A stretch of 64,000 nt of DNA from Takakia lepidozioides. Lineage: Eukaryota; Plantae; Bryophyta. The notes below the pieces were generated by a model. That model did no database searches and was not told where the DNA came from. It worked only from the letters and a program-made list of their open reading frames with translations. The translations under genes were made by a program, and so were the position numbers. How positions within the stretch are numbered: position 1 is the first letter of the stretch; the number at the start of each line of letters is the position of its first letter. This document shows, piece after piece, positions 27,088 to 38,738 of this stretch. Location: NCBI GenBank assembly GCA_030704615.1, contig CM060732.1, positions 44,826,001 through 44,890,000 of the forward strand, given 5' to 3'.

Positions 27088-27640
27088 GTAAATAAAATTC
27101 CATTGTAAATAATAAATTGCATATGGTCGAACCTCACAGATGTCATGTCAACAAAACCGGCCGTGTATTGTGTCGGTGCTTATAACTTCGAATGTTTCAA
27201 TGTTTCTAACATGGTACTAAGAAAATGATATATTGGTTCCGTACGAGTTAGATAACAAACGTTTCATATCTCATTCAAATGTCGATACTACATGAGTGAC
27301 ATGGATAAAAAACTAATATGTGTACATGCGACCTCCGGACATTTAAGTAGACCATTCGCTGGACCTAGTATCAAATGTTCCGACCTCGGAGGTCGCATGT
27401 ACCCCTATTAGTTTCCGATCCATGCCTCTCATGATAGTATTGCACATCCGACTGAGATGTGGGACGTTTGTTATTTAACTCCTACAGAACTAATACATCG
27501 TTTCTCATAACCCTAGCGAAAACGTTGGAACATTACAAATATAAACAGTGAGACAATACACAAACCATTTATGTTGCGATGACATGTGTCAGGGTCGAGC
27601 AAATGCAATGTAGTATTTACAATGAGACTTTATTTATTAC
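27088..27640. ncRNA. Long imperfect hairpin D (~250 bp arms)
   Basis: CATTGTAAAT...GTACATGCGACCTCCG (27101-27338) pairs with CGGAGGTCGCATGTAC...ATTTACAATG (27387-27624). Confidence 0.65.
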
Positions 27641-29006
27641 ATGCACGATCGAAATTGAGTTTTGTCTTCATAAAAGAACCATTGTACCGCCACAAATCTC
27701 ATATCTATGAAACTATGGTCTACTCCGTTCTATATACGTCTTTCGGCTCAGGCCAATTGAATGGCTTGCCCATGAATCAAAGTACTACATGGACTAATGT
27801 GACTCTCTCATTATTGTTGTTGTTGTCGTACAACCTTTGTAGCATTGAATGCCAACAACCTCCCATAAATTGGTCTTTAAACATACTTTCATCATAATGA
27901 GCGCCGCCATTTATTCGTACTGCTATCTTCCCAATGGCAATGGCCTCCGTCATTCGCATTGAAAACCGATGCAATATCTTTTTTCACCCACCATCTTTTC
28001 GCGAGTTCCCGGTCCAGCTTGTCTTGGTTTTTAAACTGGTACGGTGAGGCTTTGCGGATGCCCAATGGGGTAACTAAGCCCTAATCACACACCCCAATCT
28101 TGATCTCCTCAGTGTCATCCGGAAAATGCAACAAAATGTTGTCAGGGGAGAAGTCCGTTCTTGTGGACAGCATCCATGATACACACCAGTGCCCATGCAA
28201 GTTTATTGCGCACTTTCCGAAAACGAAGCAAGCGATTGCATTCTTACAACTCTGCTTCCGTTCCCCTTTGTTCCAAAATCACCCTGTTGTCCGAATCCAT
28301 TTGCCCTTCATCTTTTCTTTCAAGGTTTAATGCGCGGGTTATCCCCCATTCTACAGCGAGTGTAACCCTCACCTCATGTGCATTCACAGTAAATTATGAG
28401 ATAACATAGGATACTAGACCTCATCATGTCCAAACACTCAAGTTTATGTGGTCCAAAGTCTTTTCTGGATTTGAGATAACTGGGTTGTTTTTTTTCCCGC
28501 TAGCGGGGTGTCCAACGCTCCGGTATTCTAGAATCGGCAACAATCCTACACTGACAGACCTTAACATACCCTTCTTCTTTGTAAGGGCCAATCTCTACAA
28601 CCTTCGCACTAGTGTTCAGGTAATAAAGACTAGTTGTGTCTCCCCCGCCTGATGACCCCGCCTCCCAAGGGACAACCCTAGTCGGGCAATGGGAATTCTG
28701 ACTAGCCGAGCAAGCCCAATACTCGACACGCCGCATTAACTCAGCTTCGGCGGATGACACTCGACCCTCGGTTGTTCTACCCTTCCATGTCTTCATTAGC
28801 TGCTTTAAATTCCACGTGACATCTTTTGTCGTGCTTTGGATCCATCGATTGAACTTCGGCTTGTCCCTGTTCGCCGTCCACTTAAACCGCCAAAAGCGTT
28901 CGTCATTTTCTCTCCATATCTGCTGGAAAAATCTGAAACCCCTCCCATCCATGCCTGACATTCGGGTAGTCTGGCTTGTGGACCTGGCTATCCCGCTCGT
29001 GGGCAT
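27637..29006 (-). pseudogene. Decayed protein kinase-like gene carried in the hAT region
   Basis: Manual minus-strand translation gives kinase motifs in order: IGPYKEEGYVKV (Gly-loop-like, ~28557-28593), LAGKK (~28488-28503), ALVCIMDAVHKNG / DFSPDNILLHF (catalytic loop, ~28120-28190), IKIGVCD*GL (DWG with TGG>TAG, ~28075-28104), KRWWV, TEAIAIGKIA (IX) and LQRLYD...ERVT (XI). Several frameshifts. Confidence 0.75.
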
Positions 29007-29373
29007 GTTTTCTCTTCCTCCGACCCACAGACAACCCCGCCCCAGAACTTGAATTCACAACCCCCGACATTGTATAAACTTTTGCCCACTACCGGGGACA
29101 AAATCTCATAAAACGGCAATGGACGCGTGTGGATGGTGTTTTTTTGAGTTTCTGCAAAAAAAATTACAGCCGGAGATCATAAAATGGCAAAATGGTGATA
29201 CGATGATTGGACCGTGAACAAAGGTGTGAGACTGACCAATACAAAACCTCCCCCCCCCAAATAATCACTTTTGCACCTCCCGTGGCAGTGCCAAGCAACG
29301 AAGTACCAAAAGGACTACGGGATGTCAAGGAACCGCACAGAGAGGGGCAAAGTGATCAGAAAATGAGGGGAGG

Positions 29374-29381
29374 TTATATAG
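29374..29381 (-). promoter_or_regulatory. TATA box upstream of the kinase gene
   Basis: CTATATAA on the minus strand between the third motif array and the ORF start at 29006. Confidence 0.5.
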
Positions 29382-29569
29382 GCGCCCATCAACCCCCCCG
29401 CCCAAAATGACATTATGCGTGAAAAGGCGCGATAGGCCAGTGGCGCCTCGCCACGCACACCTTCATGGGAGAGGTCAAGGGTTCAAAACCATCTCCATGT
29501 TTTGTTTTTCCTGACCCGTGGCACCTTGCCACGTGGCTGGACAGTCGCCGCTTCATGATTTTTTATTTA

Positions 29570-30270
29570 TTTTTTAAACCGCTACACGGCGGGTCCTTGG
29601 ATTTGCAAAAAAAAAAAAAATACGCGACTGCCGCATAGCAGTCGCTATATTTATAAAAACAAGAAGAGCGACTGCCAAATGGTGGTCGCTGCATTTTTTT
29701 AAATATATAAATAAGCAACCGCCTACTGGCGGTAGCTTTAATTCAAGATTCAAAATAAAATAAGTGACCGCCACCTTCAATGGCGGTCGTTTCATTTAAA
29801 AATATATATAAAGTAAGCGACCGCCAGTAATCAAAATCAATCAAGCGACCGCCGCCAAATGGCGGTCGATGCATTTTCAAAAATTTACTAAAGAGCGAGC
29901 GCAACCGGCGGTTGCTTTATTAATAAATAATTAAAAATAAGCGACCGCTGCTTATTGACGTGCTCGAAATTTTGTTTAAATAAAGCGACCACCACATGGC
30001 GGTCGATGTATTTTAGTAAAATATATTAGAGATATAATAATAATAATATAATAAAGTGCGAGCGACCGCCAGGTGGTGGTCCTTACTTTTTTGAACTTTA
30101 GCGACGCAATAGCAGCGGTGCTTATTTTAAGATATAATATACTCCAAGCGACTGCCAATGGTGGGCGGTCGCTTAATTGAAGAAAATATTAATTACAAAC
30201 GGACTGCCAAATGGGTGATCATTCATTTAAAAAAAACAATAAATTATGTGACCGCAATATAGGCGGAGTT
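29570..30270. repeat. Third GCGACCGCC palindrome array
   Basis: Same inverted motif pairs with AT-rich spacers. Confidence 0.88.
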
Positions 30271-31099
30271 ATTTTCAAAAGGAATAATAAAATTAATAAT
30301 TGGCCACGTCTGTTTTACACCGTGGCTGCCATGTCATTAGAAAGGGTAGAAATAAATTGGAAAAGTCAAATGTAAAACAAATTACATGGATAAATGTCCG
30401 GATTCGATAGCAACTCCTCAGGGGTCGCTCTAAATTGGAGTGACCCTTTGGGCGTCACTAATTCGTCGACGACGCCGGCAGTGCACGGTTCCACGCGCGC
30501 CGGGCTGTGGGCGTCGTTAACCCCCCTAAATTTCAGTTCGTGATAGTCCGGGAACGAATGAGTTTCTGGAGATATCAATAGTTCTCCAAATCTTGGTGAG
30601 AGGATTGATGTCAAAGGGGGACTCAATGGCAGCCAAAACTTGCTTTTCGTACACAACTTAAGTCTTAAACATACCTTGCTGGGATTCAAGGTCGCTGCAG
30701 TGATTGAGCAGACCCAGCACTGTCTTTTTTCGTACCCGTGCCAAACACATGTGCTTCACCATACCAATTCTTCAACACATCAAGATGCTTTGGAAAACTC
30801 TCGCCTACTTGCAACCAATATTGTGGGTATACTATACCCATGCACAGCAATGTATGCTGGAGAAATCTCAAGTTCAGCTCGCTACAAGTTACGTCGTTGC
30901 AGCTGCACGTCCATAGGCACACATGTTAGTATACAGAAACCAATTAAATTCAAGCTCTAAGTCCCCCCCAATGCTGCCCAAACCATCCCCACCCCCCCCC
31001 CCCCCCCCCCCCCCGCTTCATCCATTTAACTGAGTAAGCCATCACAAGATCACAAAAATGACAGAACAAAGCTGAAGTGAAGGGGCTGGTTAGTATCAC

Positions 31100-32880
31100 C
31101 TGAACTCTTGCCGTAACTGCGCCACAAGGAGGTTCCATGCATCCTTATTAACATGGTTCTTCGGAACTTGTGGGGCTCCCTCATCAAAAGCATTGGCATT
31201 CAGCCTCCACACAACCATTGGCCCTACAGGTAGACACATAATACATTGGCATTGGGCACGGTTGAACCACGTTTCACATGGTTAGCCCAAATGTGTTCAC
31301 CATTCACAATGAAAGCCAATTGGTGTGAGTTGCTATTCAAGTAAGCCACCTACTTGAGGTGAATTGTCTCACATGGCTACAATCCAAACATCTTTTAAAT
31401 GACCAAAACTCGTCACTTGCAAACGCAATGGCCTGAATCAACGTATAAAGAATACAGTTGGCCTGGACAAATCTTAATTGCTACAACCATGTCACAAATG
31501 AAAACATTCTTGGGTTGTGCAAACTGCACTATGCAGTCAATGCCCTCAACAAGACGAAGAATACAACACATATCCAACAAAGTATATGGGTCACACAACA
31601 AAACCAGCAAGGTCTGTCACATGCCACACACACAAACCACTTTAAAATGTGAAAAAGCCACACTACATATGGAAAAGAATATATTATTAAAGCATGGGGT
31701 ACATGTTCAAATCTGCTCACCTTAGCCGACTTGTTTTCAATACTGTCAAACTTTATTTTGGCCAGTAGGGATATGTACTAAGCCAAAATCCTCCTGAGTG
31801 GCTCAATGATCGAAACCCCTCGTGTTTTCACATTCTTCAGCATTTTTAGACCATTTGTTCTCATGTCTGCATGTCTGCAAGTTTAGTGAACTCCAAGTGT
31901 CTCTGGGGGATGCGGACAAAGTAAACATGACCCTGGTCTAAAGTAAAGCTTCAATACTGCTAAAAAATCCCAATTGAGATAGTGTCTTGAAGGCCAGATT
32001 GCACCTATGAGCCTGAAAATGGACTCCCATACGGAATGGAGCATGCTTGGAAGCAATATGTTTGGTAACCCTATTCCTCACACCTTGAACAGTACGGACA
32101 TCACCAGCCCCAAAGCACATCAATTTCCCAGCTATACCACTACTTGAAAGTCCTCCACCTTTTTGTCAAGTTATCAGCCCTTGACTGATCCTCAATTGTC
32201 TGAAGGGAGATCATCATAGGGACTCTTACCTAGTTTTACACAATACAGGCATGTATGCTGAGATCCAAGAGCCATTGTCTACACTTGTCACCTCATCATA
32301 GGTCAGTGTCATTTGGCACCCTTCACACAGAACAACATAGCATCCCTCACTTCATTGTACATGAACTCCGCCATTATCCAACCTGATGTGTCACTCTAAT
32401 GCATCTTTGGATTGTTCTGGGCCTCAAGAAAGATAAACAAACTCTGCATTCTCTCATATTCAATCCTTAGACGTCCACAAGATCACAACACATGGAGTAT
32501 CATACCAAACTAAATCCTTTTTCTATCCCTCTCAGCTTTGTTTGTTACAACGACATGCTCCAAAACAATGGTAGGAGCACGAGAATAGTACAATGCAGCA
32601 TTCATTTTGTGCTTGCATTCAGCAGTAATGTACCACTTCTCTTTCTTCACCTTGTACTTGGGCATATCCTTCTGCCCTCCTCTTCCCTTCATGCTTGATT
32701 AGGGCATCCCACTTGGGGGCCATGACTTTGGGAGACTGGTTGATAGTGGAGCACACCTTGCATCTCACAAGGTGAAGACTGTCATCTGCTGCAAGCTTCA
32801 GCACATGACAACTTTGCTGTCTACTCCAACTAAAACCTTATGGTCAAGTCATAGTTAGGTTTGAACTTCTTCTTTGGTAC
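31100..32880 (-). pseudogene. ZNF862-like hAT transposase relic
   Basis: VRCKVCSTINQSPKVMAPKWDALIKHEGKRRA and CFGAGDVRTVQGVRNRVTKHIASKHAPFRMGVHFQAHRCNLA (degenerate HCxAHR motif). Confidence 0.75.
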
Positions 32881-32919
32881 AGAGCACTGCAAATAATCCT
32901 TTTCCGATAACACCTGGCC

Positions 32920-33778
32920 GATATCCCCCTCCACGTATAGTGGCATACCTCAATGTGTCTCAGTGTTGGGCAATAGCAAGGTTCTCAAAAGCCATAGGCA
33001 TGACCCTCTTGAACAACTCTGCCCGCTGGGCATATGCTTGTGTCCACACATCCGGATCATCAAGGGTGAGGACTACTGTAGCCTCCATGCGAATAGATGT
33101 AGGCAAATCCGGCTCTCGGCCAAAGAGAAAGAAATATGGTGAGAAGGAGGCAAGTGATGCTTGCTTGCTAAACCTGTAGCCCATGGCTAACCAAGGTTCC
33201 TGAATATCCCAATCTCCTAGGTGCCCCTGTTGCAAACCAAACTTGCGCAAACCCCTCTTCACTGTCTGAACCACTCTCTCTGCTAAGCCATCGGCCTCAA
33301 GATGGTCCCGAGAAGTGGTACGGTGGTCTATCAAGGCTTTATCACACAAAGCCTGAAACTCCCCCAAGAACTCTCTCCCTTGGTCCGTGAGTACCTCAGC
33401 TGGAGCACCGAATCGGCTAAGCACATGATCCAGGAATGCATACGCAGCCCCCTCACTAGTCTTGTCAGGCAATGGAACCAACTCAATCTAGTTGGAGATG
33501 TGCTCCACCATCACCAACACATATCTATGGTGACGCATCGTCAATGGCAAAGGCCCTGCGAAGTCAAGACTCCACCTGTAGCCCAATCCCATGATGGGTA
33601 ATGGATGCAATTGTGGTGTAGGGGCATTGAATGAAGCACATACCCTGTCACATACCATGCACCTAGCCACGAATTGTTGCACCTCTATGTGCATACCACG
33701 CCACCAATACTGCCCCTGCAGTAAACTACGAGTGCATCGCACTCCAAAATGCCCCAACTCCTCATGGGCATGCCGCAC
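32920..33778 (-). pseudogene. Gypsy integrase (HHCC zinc finger + catalytic core)
   Basis: HEELGHFG...YWWRGM...CMVCDR; WSLDFAGPLP; VLTDQGREF; DGLAERVVQTVK; SPYFFLFGREP. Confidence 0.93.
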
Positions 33779-34219
33779 TAACCATGCACACTATGTTGGG
33801 TGAGGCACGATCCTCACCCGACCATCCTCCCACACTCGAAGCAGGTGGATCCCCTCCCACTTGAACCTCTTGGCTTGTTGCAGGATCCGATCCCTCTCCT
33901 TGGTAGTCAAACTAGCTGCCATGTCTACAGTGCGGAGGTAGTCCAACACAACCGAATCCTCATGTATATCTCTGGAACCACCTGGCTCATCACTAGCCTC
34001 AGGGTCCTCAGACACTCCGTCTACAGTCATCCCTGTTGTAGGTCCAACCTGACCTCCCGATGCCAAGATACACAAAAAGGCAGATGCATGCCATCCCGAC
34101 ACCATCTCCTCGTCCATCTTACCATGCCACCGAACTCCTGTGTCATCCTACTGGCTCGTGCATGGATTGCGACTCAATCCATCCGCATCTCTATTGACCA
34201 AACCCGGTCGATGCACAAC

Positions 34220-34530
34220 CTAAAAGTCATACTCTTGGAGTATAAGTGCCCACCGTGCAAGCTTCCCCGTAAGCTTGTCTGACTCCATCAACCACTTGAG
34301 TGGCTGGTGATCCATGACAAGAGTAAAGAGATTGTCGTATAGATAGCACATAAAGTGTGCCACGGCCCACACTGCAGCTAAGCACTCCCCCTCATATGAG
34401 CTATACTTAGACTCTGTAGCGTTGTTCGAGCGGCTAGCATAAGCCACTACAAACTCTCTTCCCTATCATCCACCTGTGTGAGCACCGCTCCAAGCCCCAG
34501 CATGCTCCAATCTGTATGCAGCTAAAAGGG
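34220..34530 (-). pseudogene. Gypsy RNase H
   Basis: AYASRSNNATESKYSSYEGECLAAVWAVAHF...DHQPLKWL...LARWALILQEYDF. Confidence 0.92.
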
Positions 34531-34717
34531 ACGCCCCCTGATAGGTCGTCTCAAGATGGGCGCCAAGGTCAACCTCGCCTTGAGCTCCTGAAAAGCTCGC
34601 TCTTGCTCATCTTCCCACTGCCACTCCTCGTCTATCTTGGTCAGCTTGGTTAGAGTCTTTGCAATAGCACTAAATCCCTTGACAAACCGTCTATAGTAGT
34701 TGCCAAAACATGAAAGC

Positions 34718-35520
34718 TCAAACTCGGCTTACATCCGTGGGGTGTGGAATCTGTGCGATGGCCTCTACCTTAGTCTGTCGCACCCCCAATCCTCCAGGAT
34801 ATATCATGTAGCCCAGATACTCAATCTGGTTGTGAAAGAACTTGCACTTCCCCGGATGTAATTTCAATCCGTGCGCTCTCAAGCACTCAAACACCACCTG
34901 AAGGTGTCTCTCGTGCTCATCTACCATAGCACTAAAGATGATGATGTCATATATGTAGCACCGAGCAAAGTCTACCCCTGCTAGAATCCTGTCCATGACT
35001 CTTTGGAACTCTGCAGGAGCGTTCTTAAGCCCGAATGGTAAGAACCGCCACTGATATAGGCAATCCTTCTCGTGCTCATTGATCCCCCAGAATGTCATCT
35101 TCTGCTTGTCCGCCTCCTTGAACGGCAACTGGTGATATCCAGACCGTAAATCCAAAGTGCTAAAGACCTTGGCATGCCCGATGGCATCAAAGATCTCCTC
35201 AGGTGTGGGCATGGCATACTTATCGGACTTGGTCTGACGATTTACAGGCCGGTAGTCACCGCACATACGTCTCTCCGTCCAATTGCCATAGACATCCTTT
35301 TTGGCTGGCATCACCGTGGCTGAAGCATACTCTCCACCAGAGAGCTCCACCAAACCAGCCTCCCAGAGATCTCGAGTCCTCATCTGAATCAAAGACCTCT
35401 CCATGTCACTGTATCTATAGGGTCTCCGAAAGATTGGCATGTCCGTAGCCAACTCAATACGAATCTCCTGACCCTTCAGTGCTCCCAAATCCTTCAAACT
35501 GAAGGCAAAACAATTCCTAT
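34718..35520 (-). pseudogene. Gypsy reverse transcriptase (catalytic YIDD mutated to YIYD)
   Basis: RMCGDYRPVN, FSTLDLRSGYHQ, LPFGLKNAPAEFQRVMD, CYIYDIIIFS, KCKF. Confidence 0.95.
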
Positions 35521-35899
35521 AAGCTCTCAGGAACCGCCGTATACGTCGTCTCTCTCCTCCAGTGACAATGGGTCCAATGTCAGGCTCCCAATTGTCCTCC
35601 GTAACAACAACCTTAAGTCTAGCAGACTTACAGGTAGAGGACGTGTCCCGTGGTTGCTATGCCGCAACCTCTTGAGCAGTACTCCCTACCTGCTCAGTCA
35701 ATGGATGAGGTTGGGGATTCTTCTTGGTTAAGGAGGTCCTCAAGGATGAGATGATGGGGCAGGATGAGGCCTTGTCATGCCAACTCCCTCTGAACCTTGA
35801 GCACCTCCCACGTGTGCCATGGATGTCTACACCCCGTGGTCCTCACCGGCTCGCACCCACTTACTGCCCGTCTCGGTATACAGAGAGACCGTCAAAGGA

Positions 35900-36885
35900 A
35901 GTGCACTCCGTACTTTACGTTGCTCAGCCATAGCCAAGCTGATAATCCAGGTCAAGCAATTGAGATCCATCGCTTGCCCCAACACGTGACGACGTGATGC
36001 CTCAGAAAGAGAAGGCACCCCCGTGGTCCCAGTGGAAAAACCCATAGCCCGCTCGCGCTCGTCAGCGTTAGGCTCCACTAACTGCTGCAAATGAGCATCC
36101 CATAGGAGGTCAGGTCCACTATCCTGGAAAACATGCGATCCTGGGAAGCTGAGCAGTGTAGGTAGTGCTGCTTGTGGTTGACCCACCTTGTTGACCACTG
36201 CCAAAGGCGAACGGTCATCGTATTTCACACGCTGAGACTGCCTCCCTATGTCCAAAATTCTATCCACTGTGAGGTGTGCTAGCCGCTGTACCCCATCAAA
36301 TGCACGCTTGAGCCGTGCGGGTGGCATCAAGTTAGTCCACCATAGCCGCGGATGATGAGCCTGTGACCCCACTGCAGCTGCATCCAGCAACACTGCTGAC
36401 CCAAGCCACGACCGGAGTTGATGCACACTGGCCATTACCCTGGCCCGAGAATCGCCCATCAATGGCACATTCTCCAAGATGTATGCTAGAGATACAGCTT
36501 GATGAAGCTGTAAGTGGCGCAAAACCCGCACCATCTCCCAAAACAGACCCGACCTCGAGTCTCGCAATCCATTGCCATGCCCGGCTGATGAATACCCTTG
36601 GCAGGGCCAACCTGCCACTACCAAATCAATGGAGCCAATCCGCTCCAAATCCTACGCCCCCAGCACAGAGATATCTGCTGGTAAGGCCTGCTGATATCTA
36701 CGAACCGCGGACACCGGCAACAACTCAGGGTACTGCTGCACCAACTGAGCAACATGACGGAGTGAGACGCGTCGTGCAGTCTCATCCCTCTCCACATACA
36801 AGTAACGTTGTACCTGTACACCTGCCTGTAGCACAACAGTCAATCCGGTGCTGATCCCGCCAAACAAGTCCAAAAGACAAATGTC
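35900..36885 (-). pseudogene. C5 cytosine DNA methyltransferase domain (DNMT3-like) inside pol
   Basis: Motif I LLDLFGGISTG; IV IDLVVAGWPCQG; SGLFWE; VI YILENV; VIII AHHPRLWWTN; IX ERERAMGF; X RRHVLGQAMD. It shares a reading frame with the protease ORFs. Confidence 0.92.
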
Positions 36886-37199
36886 TTCCTCCGGTCACTG
36901 CAACACGATCGGTGTGGTATCCAATGGTGACAACTGAGGTGGTCTTGGTGCAATCCTCGCACTGTCCTCCTCTCCTAATGGTACAAATGCCTCTACCCAG
37001 GCTTGTTGCACCCATCGATCAGCAACCCGCTGCAAATCCTTGCTCGAGCCCCACAATGGAGTGTGAGCAACCATGGCAGGCAACTCCGCCATGCTGTACA
37101 TGTCATCCTGCTCTCCCGAAGGTAACATATCCTCTGAATGAGTGTTGTCATCCAACAACTCTCCAGGCCAAGTCACTGCAGTTGTGAATGCTGTCAGTG

Positions 37200-37625
37200 T
37201 CGACAACTTGCCTCGCTGGGCAACCGCAACTCCTCCTATGAACGTCACAGGGAGCTGCACACGCCGGCCCTCCCCTGACTGCCATCCAGGCCTATAGGAA
37301 GCTGACTCCTCCCAAAAATCCAGGGTGAAGCCCATGGGGTACAACACTGCCCCACCAGCAAGGACATCGTATGAGACCGTGTCTGTCACAATGGCCTTGG
37401 CTCTCATCACTAGGCCATCTGTAGGATGATCCGGCTGTAGTATGATAGCCAACTCATGTCGTGTCATGCCCCGAGCCTGCTCTGATCCTCCCAGAGATGT
37501 CTATATCTGGAAATGACACAGCTTCATATCCGCCTCCGTGAGGCCCAAGCCCGCAATAGCAGCTCTGCCCAGCATCAATGGCTAAACTCCCGAGTCCAAC
37601 AAGACCCACAGTGGCCGGTACGTCT
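37200..37625 (-). pseudogene. Gypsy aspartic protease
   Basis: VLLDSG(V*)PLMLG ... SYDVLAGGAVLYPMGFTLDFW. Confidence 0.8.
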
Positions 37626-38738
37626 TGCCTGCCGGTCCACTCAAACAGAAAATGCCATCATAGTTGTCTAACATGACAACTCCAGGTGTCACCATGGCGC
37701 GCTCAATGGCTGGCCTAGTTGGTAGCTCCGCCAACCTGGCAGCTGCTGCTTGCCATGGCACCGCCGTGGCAGTCTTGAAATTCGAATCCGAGGATCCCTC
37801 CGGCACTACACCTCCCACTATCTCCGCAGAAGATAAAGTAACCTCCCCACTCTCACAAAGTATAGCTGCCAGCCTGAACACCTCAGCTGGTCTTACCCCC
37901 GGCGTCGCAATCATGGTAGCCGAAAACAATGGAGCCTAGCACATAGCTGTGGCCCCCCCCCAGCAGCACACTAGCTGTCGTAGCCATGACAACACTAGGT
38001 AGTGGTGCTGCCCGTGTAGCTCTCCCCAGTAGCATAGTTGTCACGGACATAGCCCAGAAGAACTTACCAGGAGTAAATACCAGAAGTTACCAAGTTACCA
38101 TGTTACCGAAACTTACCATGACTTACCGTGATTTACCATGATTTATCATGATTTATCATGATTTACCATTACTTACCAAGTTACCGAGAGTTTACCAAAT
38201 TACCAAGAGTAACTTGGGAAACTACTCAGGAAGCTTCTTTTTGAGGAAACTTCTCCATCAAGATACCTCTTTTGTTTAAGGAAGCTTCTCCATCAAGAAA
38301 CCTTTGTTTAATTTTGGAAACTTCTTCAGCAAGAAACCTCCATAGGGGAAGCTTATTGGGGAAGCTTCGTAGTAGCCAGTATATATAGGAGGTAAGACTG
38401 GACACTCTTCAGTCTCGCCAACACCAGTTCAAGCTACTCTTGTTTCTAGTTTCCAGTACTCCAGTCCAGTTCCCAATACTCTAGCCCAGTTTCTTGTATC
38501 TGGTACTCCAGTCCAGTTTCCAGCATTCCAGTATTCAAGTCGTGTTCCAACATCTTGTACTTTTGTTCATTGTTATAAAGATCGTCTTGATTCCTATTTA
38601 CTCATCGTGCATACGGCCACGCTGACCTTGACTTCTTGTCTAGTCTTGTACCTCTAGTCTGATCTATTGTTTAAGTTCAGTCATGTTCTTGTCCTTGACA
38701 GTTTGGCGAGACTAAAGTTTGTTCTTTAGTTAATTAAG

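Larger units (their letters stand above)
18647..30568. mobile_element. Putative composite hAT element carrying transposase, hairpin cluster and kinase cargo (termini approximate)
   Basis: Same-family GCGACCGCC arrays occur at both ends and internally, with a hAT transposase inside. The TIR candidates are weak (GGGAATCTCACT at 18647 vs reverse complement CAGAAACTCATT ending 30568) and no 8-bp TSD was confirmed. Confidence 0.55.

Noticed and set aside
35827-36873. Bacterial restriction-modification methylase or contamination
   Set aside because: The domain is in frame with a retrotransposon protease, flanked by RT, and shows the same decay pattern as the rest of the element.
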